Origin: an uncultured Oscillospiraceae bacterium
Lineage (GTDB): Bacteria; Bacillota; Clostridia; Oscillospirales; JAAYXM01
Direction: 5' to 3'
DNA: 64,000 bases
Assembly (NCBI GenBank): GCA_934646115.1
Contig: CAKUEM010000003.1
Location: 80-64,079 of the forward strand
Shown here: positions 53,807 to 63,796 of the stretch, piece after piece
Layout: the number at the start of each line of letters is the position of its first letter
Numbering within the stretch: the first letter of the stretch is position 1
Notes under the pieces: generated by a model
Database searches by the model: none
Told to the model about the DNA's origin: nothing
The model's input: the letters and a program-made list of their open reading frames with translations, nothing else
Made by a program: the position numbers and the translations under genes

Positions 53807-55081
53807 ATGTTTGTTGATATCGCAAAAATTTCTTTGCGCGCCGGTCGCGGCGGCGATGGCGCAGTGGCGTTTCATCGCGAAAAATATGTGGCGAACGGCG
53901 GACCGGACGGCGGCGACGGCGGTCGCGGCGGCGACGTGGTTTTTGTTGTGAATGACCATATGTCCACGCTGGTTGAGTTCCGTTATAAGCGCAAATATGT
54001 TGCGCAAAACGGAATGCCGGGCGGCGGAAAGCGCTGCAGCGGTAAGGCTGGCGAGGATCTGATCATCCGCGTGCCGCGCGGCACGCTCGTGTATGACGAG
54101 GCGAGCGGCGCGCTTGTGTGCGATCTGTCTGAAACCGAGCGATTTGTGGTTTGCAAGGGCGGTCGTGGCGGCTGGGGAAACCAACATTTTGCAACCGCAA
54201 CGCGCCAGGCACCGCGCTTTGCGAAGCCGGGGCTGGACGGGCAGGAGATGACGGTTCGGCTTGAGCTGAAGCTGCTTGCCGATGTGGGACTTGCGGGATT
54301 CCCCAATGTGGGGAAATCCACGCTGCTATCCGTTGTTTCCGCGGCAAGACCCAAGATTGCAAACTATCATTTTACAACGTTGACCCCGAACCTGGGCGTG
54401 GTGCGCGTGAATGAGGAGTTCTCTTATGTGATGGCGGATATTCCGGGCATCATTGAGGGCGCAAGCGAAGGCGCGGGACTGGGGCATACCTTCCTGCGGC
54501 ATATCGATCGCTGCCGCCTGATCGTTCACATTGTGGACGTGTCCGGCAGCGAGGGGCGCGACCCGATAGAGGATTTTAAAAAAATCAACGAGGAGCTTGC
54601 GCGCTATAATCCGGAGCTTGCCGCGCGGCCGCAGATCGTGGCGGCCAATAAGTGCGACCTGGTGACGGATCGCGCGCAGATTGATCGATTTCGCGTGTTT
54701 ATCGAAGGGCAGGGGTATGAGCTGTTTGAAATGTCGGCGGCAACGCATGCCGGCGTGACGGAGCTGCTCTCCCGCATTGCGGAGCGGCTGGCGACGCTTC
54801 CGCCCATCAAAACCTATGAGCCGGAATATATTGCGCCGGTTGAAGAGTTTGACCCGGATTATCAGATCGAGATCACGCGGCTTGACGGTGATGTATATCT
54901 GGTGGAAGCGAACTGGATCCGCCGCGCGATGGGCTCTGTGAATTTTGACGATCATGAGTCGCGCTTATATTTTGAGAATTTGCTGCGCAAGCACGGCGTG
55001 TTTGACCAATTGGAGGCGCGCGGCGTGCAGGAGGGCGACACGATCATCATCTATGATTTAGAATTTGAATATGTAAAATAA
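53807..55081 (+). CDS. obg: GTPase ObgE/CgtA
   Basis: Glycine-rich Obg fold (GGDGGRGGDV), G1 motif GFPNVGKST, and a C-terminal OCT domain. Confidence 0.95.
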   Translation: MFVDIAKISLRAGRGGDGAVAFHREKYVANGGPDGGDGGRGGDVVFVVNDHMSTLVEFRYKRKYVAQNGMPGGGKRCSGKAGEDLIIRVPRGTLVYDEASGALVCDLSETERFVVCKGGRGGWGNQHFATATRQAPRFAKPGLDGQEMTVRLELKLLADVGLAGFPNVGKSTLLSVVSAARPKIANYHFTTLTPNLGVVRVNEEFSYVMADIPGIIEGASEGAGLGHTFLRHIDRCRLIVHIVDVSGSEGRDPIEDFKKINEELARYNPELAARPQIVAANKCDLVTDRAQIDRFRVFIEGQGYELFEMSAATHAGVTELLSRIAERLATLPPIKTYEPEYIAPVEEFDPDYQIEITRLDGDVYLVEANWIRRAMGSVNFDDHESRLYFENLLRKHGVFDQLEARGVQEGDTIIIYDLEFEYVK

Positions 55082-55096
55082 AGCCTTTTCAACAGG

Positions 55097-55141
55097 AAGC
55101 GCGCGAATCTCCGACCGGGGGTTCGCGCACTTGCGTTTTTT
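55097..55141 (+). terminator. Rho-independent terminator of obg
   Basis: GCGCGAA (55101-55107) pairs with TTCGCGC (55122-55128), with partial extension, followed by T6. Confidence 0.7.
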
Positions 55142-55162
55142 GCAGGATTTGCCAGGAATGGG

Positions 55163-55191
55163 TTGACTTTGCGCAGCGCGTTTGCTATAAT
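55163..55191 (+). promoter_or_regulatory. Sigma-70-type promoter
   Basis: TTGACT (55163-55168), 17 nt, TATAAT (55186-55191). Confidence 0.75.
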
Positions 55192-55226
55192 AAAAACAAG
55201 CGTTCTGGATAAAAGGGGGATTTTTT

Positions 55227-55691
55227 ATGAAAAAATATTGCGCGACGCTGATTTCGGTTGGTTCCTGCCTGATGCCTGCCATGGCGGCATATGACATGCG
55301 CGCGGACGAGGGGACGGTTGCTTGGGCATTTTTGATCAATTTGCTGCTCACATTTTTGATCTCCACCGTGCCGATTCTGATTTACCGGCGGTTTATTGCG
55401 CGCGGTCCGCTAGAGAAAAAGATAGCGAAGATCGTTGCGGTGCTTTATGGGATCGTGATTTTTTTTGTTTCAAGCGCGATCCTGATTTTTGTAGCAAATG
55501 GCGAAGGAACGGTGAGCGTGTATAGCGTGGTGCTTTGGAGCTGGATCAATTATCGCATTTTGATCAGCGGATTTGAGCGCGTTGGCTCATCAAAGACCAC
55601 GCAGCAGGATAAGCTGACCTGCAAAGAATGCGGCGGCAGACTGAGCGAGGGGGCAAGCGTTTGCCCGCATTGCGGCACGTATTTAAAATAA
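55227..55691 (+). CDS. Membrane protein with C-terminal zinc-ribbon
   Basis: About 4 TM helices, then CKECGGRLSEGASVCPHCG (CxxC-x10-CxxC). Confidence 0.6.
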   Translation: MKKYCATLISVGSCLMPAMAAYDMRADEGTVAWAFLINLLLTFLISTVPILIYRRFIARGPLEKKIAKIVAVLYGIVIFFVSSAILIFVANGEGTVSVYSVVLWSWINYRILISGFERVGSSKTTQQDKLTCKECGGRLSEGASVCPHCGTYLK

Positions 55692-55706
55692 CGTGGGGGG
55701 AGCGCG

Positions 55707-57191
55707 ATGAAAAAGCTGCTGCTTACGCTTTTTATGGCTGCTATGCTTGTGACTGCCGCGGCGGCGCTGGAGAGCCGGTATTTCCTGCAAGACTACGGGA
55801 TCATGATGGAAGTTCCGTCAGATTGGTACGCCCTGACGACCGATGAGAGCGGCAGACCGGAGAATCCCAATGAGACCGAAGCCGCACATCTGAAAATGAT
55901 GGATGAGGATGGGACGGCATTTTATTGCCAAGCGCCGTTTGGGCAAATTTGGGTGTTCTTTTCTGATGATTCTGTGGAAGGAAAGCGCAGCACGCTGTCT
56001 ACCTATTGGGATGATCTGCAAAAAACCGACGAAGAACATACAAATTATAAGATGCAACGGATCAATGGGCTTGACTATATGAGCTATGATACATATGACG
56101 GCGATTACGAGGATATCAGTTATGTCATGGAGTATCGCGGGCGCATTGTGTGCATTACGTTCGCGGCGGATGAGGGCATCACGCCGATGTTTCGCGACGA
56201 GGCGCTAAGCGTAATGAGCGCGGTTCGCTCGCTTGGCGAAAATTATGATGCGGCGCAGAGCATTTGCGACGAGGAAGAGATCTTTTTTGACGAAGAGTAT
56301 CGGGTCGGGCTGCGTTATCCGGCAGGGTGGAGAGCTATGCAGGATGATAATCGTTGGCTCTGCTCCTTCCGGGGCGCGAAGGGCAGCGTGGTGCTGGAAC
56401 GGATTTTGCCGCTGGAGCCGTATGTCGGCTATGCGGGGGATGACCCGAAGGTTACCGAGGCATTGAAGCAATGCGGAATCACGCGGACGTCTGATTTTGA
56501 GCATGAAATGGTCAACAATATCGGTTTTGTGTGTTTTGATGCCACGCGCAAGCTGGATGGCAATGAGGAGCAGGCGCGCGTTTATCTGTTTTACCATGAT
56601 GAAAAGATATTTGGGCTGAGCTATCTCGGGGTGATGAATGGGAGCGATTATCTGGATTTTATTTCCATGCGAAATTCCATATCGCTTTATTCTGCGCCCA
56701 TACGGCGTATTCTGATCCTGATTCCATCCCATGTGCGCGTTGAACCGGAGGAGAAGTCTTCTGAGCTCCCGGAGGGAATGACCCTGGATGATTGGGAAGC
56801 AAAACAGACTTTTTGGGATAAATTCGGGGTATTTATGATTTTTTCTTTCTTCACTGTTATTTTGCCGTGCGGAATTCAGCGGATTTGCTCTTCAACGGAG
56901 AAGCCGTTTTGGAAGGGGTGCGTGACGGCATTATGCTATAGCATCATGCAAATCGGTTTTAGTATCGCCATGATCGTCGATTCGTCGGACAGAGTATTTG
57001 GCGCAGCGGGGGCATGGGCGTTTGCCGTGCTGATTGGCGGCGGTTTGCTTGCCATTCCTGCTAAAAAATATCGCAAAACCTGCGAGGGGATGGAGAGGGA
57101 TCTGATCTATGGCGCGCCGTTGCGCGTTCGCATGAGGTATGGCAAAAGGGAATGGAAAGACCGGGATTTCTATAATAATTCGGACCATTGA
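55707..57191 (+). CDS. Hypothetical protein: signal peptide, two external domains, C-terminal 4-TM anchor
   Basis: GGGGGAG RBS. N-terminal signal MKKLLLTLFMAAMLVTAAAA. TM cluster at residues ~375-465. No family recognised. Confidence 0.55.
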   Translation: MKKLLLTLFMAAMLVTAAAALESRYFLQDYGIMMEVPSDWYALTTDESGRPENPNETEAAHLKMMDEDGTAFYCQAPFGQIWVFFSDDSVEGKRSTLSTYWDDLQKTDEEHTNYKMQRINGLDYMSYDTYDGDYEDISYVMEYRGRIVCITFAADEGITPMFRDEALSVMSAVRSLGENYDAAQSICDEEEIFFDEEYRVGLRYPAGWRAMQDDNRWLCSFRGAKGSVVLERILPLEPYVGYAGDDPKVTEALKQCGITRTSDFEHEMVNNIGFVCFDATRKLDGNEEQARVYLFYHDEKIFGLSYLGVMNGSDYLDFISMRNSISLYSAPIRRILILIPSHVRVEPEEKSSELPEGMTLDDWEAKQTFWDKFGVFMIFSFFTVILPCGIQRICSSTEKPFWKGCVTALCYSIMQIGFSIAMIVDSSDRVFGAAGAWAFAVLIGGGLLAIPAKKYRKTCEGMERDLIYGAPLRVRMRYGKREWKDRDFYNNSDH

Positions 57192-57292
57192 GGAAAACTC
57201 TTGGTCAAAAAGGATTGCGATAGCTGCCGGGGCGATTTTTCGCGTATGCGGGGCTGCGCTATTTTCCATGCAGAGGACTTGCGCAAAATAAG

Positions 57293-57325
57293 AAGAGCCG
57301 ATGGGTTTAACCATCGGCTCTGTTT
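57293..57325. terminator. Bidirectional terminator between convergent genes
   Basis: AAGAGCCGATGG, GTTTAA, CCATCGGCTCT, then a T-rich tail; an A-rich run precedes it. Confidence 0.75.
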
Positions 57326-57377
57326 CTGCTGCGGTCGGAAACGACGCACAGCACGAATTCAATTTTGAGAGGTCAGA

Positions 57378-58649
57378 TCACGGGAAGATGCCGCGAATCT
57401 TCTTGACCTTCGCCATTCTGCGAAGCGCAACCATGTAAGCGCCCATGCGCGGAGAAACATTGTGCTCCTGCGAGGTCTCCCATACCTGGTTGATCGCCTT
57501 GATCATAGCCTTCTCCAGCGTGGAGTTTACCTCATCCTCATCCCAGGTCAGGGACTGGATGTTCTGCACCCACTCGAAATACGAGCAGATAACGCCGCCG
57601 GAATTCGCCAGGATATCCGGAATGACGAGAATGCCCTTCTTCTTCAGAATCTCATCACCTTCGACCGAGGTCGGACCGTTTGCACCCTCGACAACCAGGG
57701 AAGCCTTGATGTCGTTTGCATTGTCCGCGGTGATCTGGTTCTCCAGCGCAGCCGGAACATGGATATCGGTATCGCAGGTGATCACATCATTGTTCGAAAC
57801 GCGGGAAGCGCCAGCCGGAAGCGGGAAATCTTTCAGCAGCTTGCCCGGGTTCTCGGAAAGGAACTTCGAAACCGCAGCAACGTCGATACCAGTCGGGCAA
57901 TACATACCGCCGGAAACGTCGGAAATTGCAACGACGGTAAGACCAAGCTGATGCAGCAGGCGCGCCGCCGTGCCGCCCACGTTACCAAAGCCCTGAACCG
58001 CAACGCGCGTGCCCTCGATCGGGCGACCGAGCTTCTTTAAGATCTCGCGAACGGTGATCGTAACGCCGCGGCCGGTTGCAGCGCTGCGACCGAGCGAGCC
58101 AAACATCTCGACCGGCTTACCGGTAACGACGCCCGGAACCGCATAGCCCTTGAACATGCTGTAAGTATCCATGATCCAGCCCATGACTTCAGCGTTCGTA
58201 CCGACATCCGGAGCCGGAATGTCGCGCTCAGGACCGATCAGCGGAAGGATCATAGCCGTGTAACGACGGGTCAAACGCTCAAGCTCGCCCTTGGTCAGCG
58301 TGGTCGGATCGACCTTGATGCCGCCCTTTGCGCCGCCGTACGGGATGTTAGCAACCGCACATTTTAAGGACATCCAAGCGGAAAGAGCCTTAACTTCGTC
58401 GATATTAACATCCTGATGATAGCGAACGCCGCCCTTCGATGGGCCAAGCGAGGTCGAATGCTGGACGCGATAGCCTTCAAACACCTTGACCGAGCCATCG
58501 TCCATCTTGACCGGGATGGATACCTTGAGCTCACGCTCCGGGTATTTGATGGCAACATACTCTTTTTCCTCGAGACCCAGATGCTGGGCAGCTTCCTCGA
58601 GTACTGCAAGCATATTGTCATACGGGTTGTACTTTTTTTTAGTACTCAT
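57378..58649 (-). CDS. gdhA: Glutamate dehydrogenase (Glu/Leu/Phe/Val dehydrogenase family)
   Basis: Catalytic-lysine region PYGGAKGGIKVDP and Rossmann GFGNVGG. The start is 58649 or 58658. Confidence 0.9.
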   Translation of the reverse strand: MSTKKKYNPYDNMLAVLEEAAQHLGLEEKEYVAIKYPERELKVSIPVKMDDGSVKVFEGYRVQHSTSLGPSKGGVRYHQDVNIDEVKALSAWMSLKCAVANIPYGGAKGGIKVDPTTLTKGELERLTRRYTAMILPLIGPERDIPAPDVGTNAEVMGWIMDTYSMFKGYAVPGVVTGKPVEMFGSLGRSAATGRGVTITVREILKKLGRPIEGTRVAVQGFGNVGGTAARLLHQLGLTVVAISDVSGGMYCPTGIDVAAVSKFLSENPGKLLKDFPLPAGASRVSNNDVITCDTDIHVPAALENQITADNANDIKASLVVEGANGPTSVEGDEILKKKGILVIPDILANSGGVICSYFEWVQNIQSLTWDEDEVNSTLEKAMIKAINQVWETSQEHNVSPRMGAYMVALRRMAKVKKIRGIFP

Positions 58650-58689
58650 GATCTTCATCTCTCCTACTCATCTTATCTGGCTGTTATAT

Positions 58690-59565
58690 TTACTTCAGAC
58701 CGACTTCCGCTGCGACAGTCTTAAAGTATGCGATATCCTGACGAACAAACCACTCGCGGTCGCCGCCGCGCGGCGCCTCGATCCCGATCGGACCCTGATA
58801 TCCGCTTGCGGCAAGGGCTTTCAGGTAAGGACGGTGATTGATCTCACCTTCGGAAAGCGCGGTCGGATAGCGGCTGCCCGCCATGCCGATCGAGTTTTTC
58901 AGGTGCATATGGAAGAGCTTATCGCCGTAGAGCGCGATTGTCTCCTCCGGGGTGGGAACATTCAGGAAATAAACGGTATTGCCATAGTCCATGTTTGCGC
59001 CGACTGCCGGAGAATCGATCATATCAAGCAGTTTTCTCACGGCTTTCGGAACATCGTGTATGTAATTCATATGCGTTTCAAAGGCGAGCTTCATGCCCAT
59101 CTTTTCGCAGGCTTCGCCGATCGCGTGGAAGCCCTCCGCGGTGTATTTCCACTGATCTTCCGTTGCATAGTGTGAGCCGCTGAAGTTAAAGTTGCCGCCA
59201 CCCTGTGGATTGACGATATCGTCTGCAAACACGTTGCAGATCGTTGTTCCGGTCTGCTCTTTCGCTTTGTGGAAAAAGGCGATCGCGTCGTCAATTGCCT
59301 TTGCGCGGGTCGCGGCATCGTCGCTCGAGATGCCGGAAACGCCGTACCCATAAAGAATATCGGTCAAACCATAGCGCGCTTTTGCATCGCGGATCTCTTT
59401 AAGATACGCATCCATCGAGCCGGTAAAGCCCTTCGGCAGCGCGCCGCGGAATTCAATACCGTCAAAGCCCCATTCTTTGGCCTTGCGGCAGACCTCATCG
59501 ATGCTCATGGCGAGATGATAATAGCTGCATTCGCAATAGTTGATGTGCATAATGACAGGATTCAT
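58690..59565 (-). CDS. Sugar phosphate isomerase/epimerase (xylose isomerase-like TIM barrel)
   Basis: Fold-typical segments (WGFDGIEFR, ...FETHMNYI..., GIEAP). The start at 59565 is preferred, with GGGGTGGA 5 nt upstream. Confidence 0.7.
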   Translation of the reverse strand: MNPVIMHINYCECSYYHLAMSIDEVCRKAKEWGFDGIEFRGALPKGFTGSMDAYLKEIRDAKARYGLTDILYGYGVSGISSDDAATRAKAIDDAIAFFHKAKEQTGTTICNVFADDIVNPQGGGNFNFSGSHYATEDQWKYTAEGFHAIGEACEKMGMKLAFETHMNYIHDVPKAVRKLLDMIDSPAVGANMDYGNTVYFLNVPTPEETIALYGDKLFHMHLKNSIGMAGSRYPTALSEGEINHRPYLKALAASGYQGPIGIEAPRGGDREWFVRQDIAYFKTVAAEVGLK

Positions 59566-59705
59566 TCTGTTCCACCCCATATATTTCATAGTAAGGATAT
59601 TAGGAAATCACAGCGCCAATTGATATCATAACAAATGCTGCGAAAAACGGCAAGTGCTTTCTCATGTTTTAATAAAATCTCACAACATTTCGCATGACAC
59701 CGGCA

Positions 59706-60737
59706 TTAAAGCATGACGGTTTTTCCGGTTTTTGAGGATTCATAGATCGCGAGGATGATCTCGACCGGAAGCTTTCCGTCAAACTGATTGACCGAAGGCA
59801 GACGGTTTTCACGAATGGCCGCGACCACATCGGTGAGCTGGCGGACATGCCCCGCAATGCTGAAGTTTGTTGGGTCGCTCGCCGTGTCAGAGTCCTGCCC
59901 GCCGAGCGTCACATCTGCCGGGCGGTCCTTCCCCTCTACATCCCAGGCGGTGATGGAATCCTCGGTCAGCACGATCGTGCCGTGATCGCCGCAGATCTCA
60001 AGTGTGCGCGCGCTGCCCGGGTAGATGGAAGTTGTTCCGACGATTTGACCGAGCGCGCCGTTTGCAAATTCAAGAATGGCGACCGCAGTATCCTCCACCT
60101 CGATGTTGCGCGCGAGCGTTCTCGTGATTGCGGAGACCGATTTAACCGGCCCCATCACATACTGAAGAATATCAATGCCGTGAATGCCCTGATTCATCAG
60201 AGCGCCGCCGCCGTCCATCTTCCAGGTGCCGCGCCAACCGCCCTTGTCATAATACTCCTGCGAGCGGTAGAACTTCATGCTCAGATCCGCGACGACGATC
60301 TTGCCCAGATCGCCGCGGTCGACCGCGGATTTCAGCGCGCAAACCGCAGGTGAGAAGCGCATCTGAGAAATCACTGCCATTTTCACCTTATTTTTTTCGC
60401 ATGCGTCCAGCACGCCCTGGATCTCCTCGTGCGTAAGCGCCATCGGTTTTTCTACCACGATGTTTTTGCCCGCATTTGCCGCCGCGATCGCAAGCGGCGC
60501 ATGCAGCCCGCTCGGCGTGCAGATGCATACCACGTCGATCTCCGGATCGGCGAGCAGCGCCTCGGCAGTGTCAAATGCCTTTACATGATATTTTTCTGCA
60601 AACGCAAGGCGCGCCGGCTCGAACACATCGGTCACGCCAACGAGCTTTGCACCGGCGATCTCGCCGATTGCCTGCGCGTGCCAATTTGAGATCACGCCGC
60701 AGCCGATAATACCAAAAGAGATTGTATGTTGATTCAA
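59706..60737 (-). CDS. Gfo/Idh/MocA family oxidoreductase
   Basis: N-terminal Rossmann ISFGIIGCGVISNWH. TTG start 8 nt after AGGAG. Confidence 0.85.
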   Translation of the reverse strand: MNQHTISFGIIGCGVISNWHAQAIGEIAGAKLVGVTDVFEPARLAFAEKYHVKAFDTAEALLADPEIDVVCICTPSGLHAPLAIAAANAGKNIVVEKPMALTHEEIQGVLDACEKNKVKMAVISQMRFSPAVCALKSAVDRGDLGKIVVADLSMKFYRSQEYYDKGGWRGTWKMDGGGALMNQGIHGIDILQYVMGPVKSVSAITRTLARNIEVEDTAVAILEFANGALGQIVGTTSIYPGSARTLEICGDHGTIVLTEDSITAWDVEGKDRPADVTLGGQDSDTASDPTNFSIAGHVRQLTDVVAAIRENRLPSVNQFDGKLPVEIILAIYESSKTGKTVML

Positions 60738-61183
60738 AACGAAAACTCCTTTCTGCTTGACCTCGAGGACACCGCTCGTCAAAAAACATGCCAACAAAGA
60801 GCAATATCCGGAAGGTCATCCTAGATAGTATTAGCATAGTACAAGCGGAGCAATTTTTCTTCCCATTTTATATTTTGCGTTTGATTTATTCTGCAAGAGT
60901 TCCTGCAAGATGAGAAAATTTTTACAAAATGCGGCAGAAAAACGCAGGCTGCGGCTGCAAAATCATTACGCAGCGCGCTGAAAAGCAGTGGATATTAACA
61001 AAGATATATGACATATTTTTGGGGGGATCATGGCAAAAAACGTCGCGGTAAAAAATACGAACGCGCAAAATTATTGCGGGAAAGCACGATTCGGCGCACA
61101 TGGTCGCAAAACATGTCAATAGTCCATGGAAATAGTTGTGCAAAATATACAAAAAATCTTTCGTGATTTTGCCATACTGACAC

Positions 61184-61212
61184 TTGTTGCACAGCGCGAA
61201 ATCCTGTATAAT
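61184..61212 (+). promoter_or_regulatory. Promoter candidate for the EF-G-like gene
   Basis: TTGTTG (61184-61189), 17 nt, TATAAT (61207-61212). This leaves a ~190-nt leader. Confidence 0.4.
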
Positions 61213-61405
61213 ATCCTCAAAGAACCGTGCGTATAATATGAAAGAAGAGACTGTGCGTCTGCTAATTGGCGCGAAGTATTTACATATTATATAAAAGCTG
61301 CGATCGGCTGGTACGGATTTTTAATCTGCGCCGTGAGATGACGGCGCGCATTACAAATTTCCCCTTTTATGGAATGGTCATTTTAAACAGAAGGAGAGAG
61401 AACCT

Positions 61406-63478
61406 ATGAAAGCCTACCCTGCGAAAAATATCAGGAACGTATGCCTGCTCGGTCACGGTGGCGACGGGAAAACTTCTTTGGCGGAGAGCCTATTGTTTAT
61501 GACGAAGGCGACCGATCGATTGGGCAAAATTTCTGATGGCAACACGATTTCTGACTTTGACCCGGAGGAGATTCGGCGCAAGATCTCAATTTCTACATCA
61601 CTTTTGCCGATCGAATTTCGGGATCATAAAATTAATATTTTAGACGCGCCGGGTTATCTGGATTTCGGCGGTGAGCGGCAGCAGGCGCTGCGCGTTGCCG
61701 GCTGCGCGGTGATCGTTTGCAGCGCGAAAAACGGAGTCGGAGTGGGAACGGAGCTTGCATGGAAGCGCACAGAGGCGCGCAAGATCCCCAAAATGCTCTA
61801 TATCTCTAAAATTGACGAGGAAAACGCCGATTATTATAAGGCATTTGAGGGTCTGCGCGAGAAATTTGGCGTTTCTGTCTGCCCGATCGTGATTCCGGCG
61901 ATCGTGGGCGGGGAAACGGTCGGCATCGTCGATGTGGTCACGATGACGGCGTATGAGCTGAAAAACGGCGCGGCGGTTGAGATGCCGATTCCGGACGAGA
62001 TGCAGGACCAGGTCGCGGCGGTGCGCGGGCAGATCGCGGAAAGCGTTGCCGAGACCAGCGAAGAATATATGGAAAAATATTTCGCGGGCGAAGAGTTCAC
62101 CAGCGAAGAATATATTCACGGGATCAATCTCGGGTTGATGGACGGGTCGCTGACACCGGTGTTCTGCGGTTCTGCGCTGACCGGGATCGGCTCGCTTGCG
62201 CTGCTGCGCGGGCTGATCGATTATGCGCCTTCGCCGCTGGATATGCCGCCGGAGATCGGTGTGGATGCAAACGGAGAAATGGTTGAGATTGAGCGTGATG
62301 AAAACGCGCCGGCGCGTATTTTGATTTTTAAAACGGTGTCTGATCAGTATGGAAAGTTCTCGTTCTTCAAGGTCTTGTCCGGCAAGGTGCGCGCGGATAT
62401 GGCGCTTACGAATGCGCGGACCGGGCAGGCGGAGAAGCTGGGGCATTTATATTTCGTGCGCGGAAAGCAGCGCGTGGAGACGCAGGAGATCGGTTTTGGC
62501 GACATTGGCGCGGTCAGTAAGCTGGCGGCAGGAAAAACCGGCGATACGCTGTGTGCAGCGGGCGCGGTGGTTACGCTGCCGGGGCTTGACCTGCCAAAGC
62601 CGACGTATTCTCTCGCGATCCTGCCAAAGGTCAAGGGCGGCGAGGAGAAGATCGCTTCCGGTCTGGCGCGGCTTGCGGAAGAGGATCTCACATTTACTGC
62701 GGCGACGAATAATGAAACGCATCAGTATGTCATTTGCGGCTGCGGCGACATGCATATCGACGTGCTTTGCTCGCGCTTGAAGGCGCGGTTTGGCGCGGAA
62801 GTAACGCTTGAGCCCCCGCGCGTTCCGTATCGCGAAAAAATTCGCAAAAAGGTGCGCGTGCAGGGCAAGCATAAAAAGCAATCCGGCGGACATGGTCAGT
62901 ATGGCGACGTTTGGATGGAATTCGAGCCGGGCGACCAGGAGGATCTGGTATTTGAAGAGAAGGTCGTGGGCGGCGCTGTGCCGAAGAACTTCTTCCCGGC
63001 GGTCGAAAAGGGTCTGCGCGATTGCATTTCCAAGGGCGTGGTCGCGGGCTTCCCGGTGGTTTATTTAAAGGCAACGCTGGTTGACGGCTCGTATCATGAT
63101 GTCGACTCGTCGGAAATGGCGTTTAAGGTTGCGGCGGGGCTTGCCTATAAGGCGGGGCTTCCGCAGGCGAATCCGGTTCTGCTTGAGCCGATCGGGCATC
63201 TTGAGGTGACCGTTCCGGACAGTTACATGGGCGACGTGATGGGCGATTTAAATAAGCGGCGCGGGCGCGTGCTGGGCATGAGCCCGGCAGAGCGCGGCAT
63301 GCAGACGATCGAGGCGGAGGTCCCGATGGCTGAAATGCATTCCTACACGATTGACCTGCGCTCGATGACGCAGGGGCGCGGCTCGTTTGTATTTGAATTC
63401 GTGCGTTATGAGGAAGCGCCGATGAATGTGCAGCAGAAGATCGTGGAAGAGCGCGCGCATCTCCTGCAGGAGGATTAA
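61406..63478 (+). CDS. Elongation factor G paralog with divergent GTPase motifs
   Basis: Five-domain EF-G architecture (690 aa). G1 is GHGGDGKT, G3 is DAPGYLDF, G4 is SKID. GGAGAGAG RBS. Confidence 0.85.
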   Translation: MKAYPAKNIRNVCLLGHGGDGKTSLAESLLFMTKATDRLGKISDGNTISDFDPEEIRRKISISTSLLPIEFRDHKINILDAPGYLDFGGERQQALRVAGCAVIVCSAKNGVGVGTELAWKRTEARKIPKMLYISKIDEENADYYKAFEGLREKFGVSVCPIVIPAIVGGETVGIVDVVTMTAYELKNGAAVEMPIPDEMQDQVAAVRGQIAESVAETSEEYMEKYFAGEEFTSEEYIHGINLGLMDGSLTPVFCGSALTGIGSLALLRGLIDYAPSPLDMPPEIGVDANGEMVEIERDENAPARILIFKTVSDQYGKFSFFKVLSGKVRADMALTNARTGQAEKLGHLYFVRGKQRVETQEIGFGDIGAVSKLAAGKTGDTLCAAGAVVTLPGLDLPKPTYSLAILPKVKGGEEKIASGLARLAEEDLTFTAATNNETHQYVICGCGDMHIDVLCSRLKARFGAEVTLEPPRVPYREKIRKKVRVQGKHKKQSGGHGQYGDVWMEFEPGDQEDLVFEEKVVGGAVPKNFFPAVEKGLRDCISKGVVAGFPVVYLKATLVDGSYHDVDSSEMAFKVAAGLAYKAGLPQANPVLLEPIGHLEVTVPDSYMGDVMGDLNKRRGRVLGMSPAERGMQTIEAEVPMAEMHSYTIDLRSMTQGRGSFVFEFVRYEEAPMNVQQKIVEERAHLLQED

Positions 63479-63514
63479 TTGCGAATTCGGGGTATGTAAA
63501 TAGGGGTTTGAGAG

Positions 63515-63544
63515 GGGCAGCCGGCGCGTTCGGCTGCCCTTTTC
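63515..63544 (+). terminator. Rho-independent terminator
   Basis: GGGCAGCCG (63515-63523) pairs with CGGCTGCCC (63531-63539), followed by T4. Confidence 0.8.
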
Positions 63545-63796
63545 GCGACAAAAATGCGAGACGTATCATACTCGCACGCGATGCATCCTGAAAAATAGCA
63601 ACGAAGCAGCACGGCATTTTTGCATCGGGCGCTGCGCCGTTTATAAGAAAAATCGATCAAACCGGAAGCAAAGGATAAAAAAATGCACGATTTCGCCGCG
63701 CGCCGCATAGAATAAAAATATAAAAAGCGGGAGTAGGGGGCGGTTATCATTCGACGCGGGTTTCGAAAACGAGTTTTCTTTTTTCATGTCCGGCGC

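Noticed and set aside
61030-61122. A 30-codon plus-strand ORF (MAKNVAVKNTNAQNYCGKARFGAHGRKTCQ) preceded by GGGGGG.
   Set aside because: The SD spacing is only 3 nt. I see no promoter or conservation evidence. It is kept only as a low-probability small-protein candidate (ribosome profiling or homolog comparison would be needed).
60922-61152. A 76-aa minus-strand ORF in the AT-rich region upstream of the EF-G-like gene.
   Set aside because: It has no RBS. Its composition is Cys/Phe/Ile-rich, as expected from translating AT-rich non-coding DNA. It overlaps the predicted promoter region.
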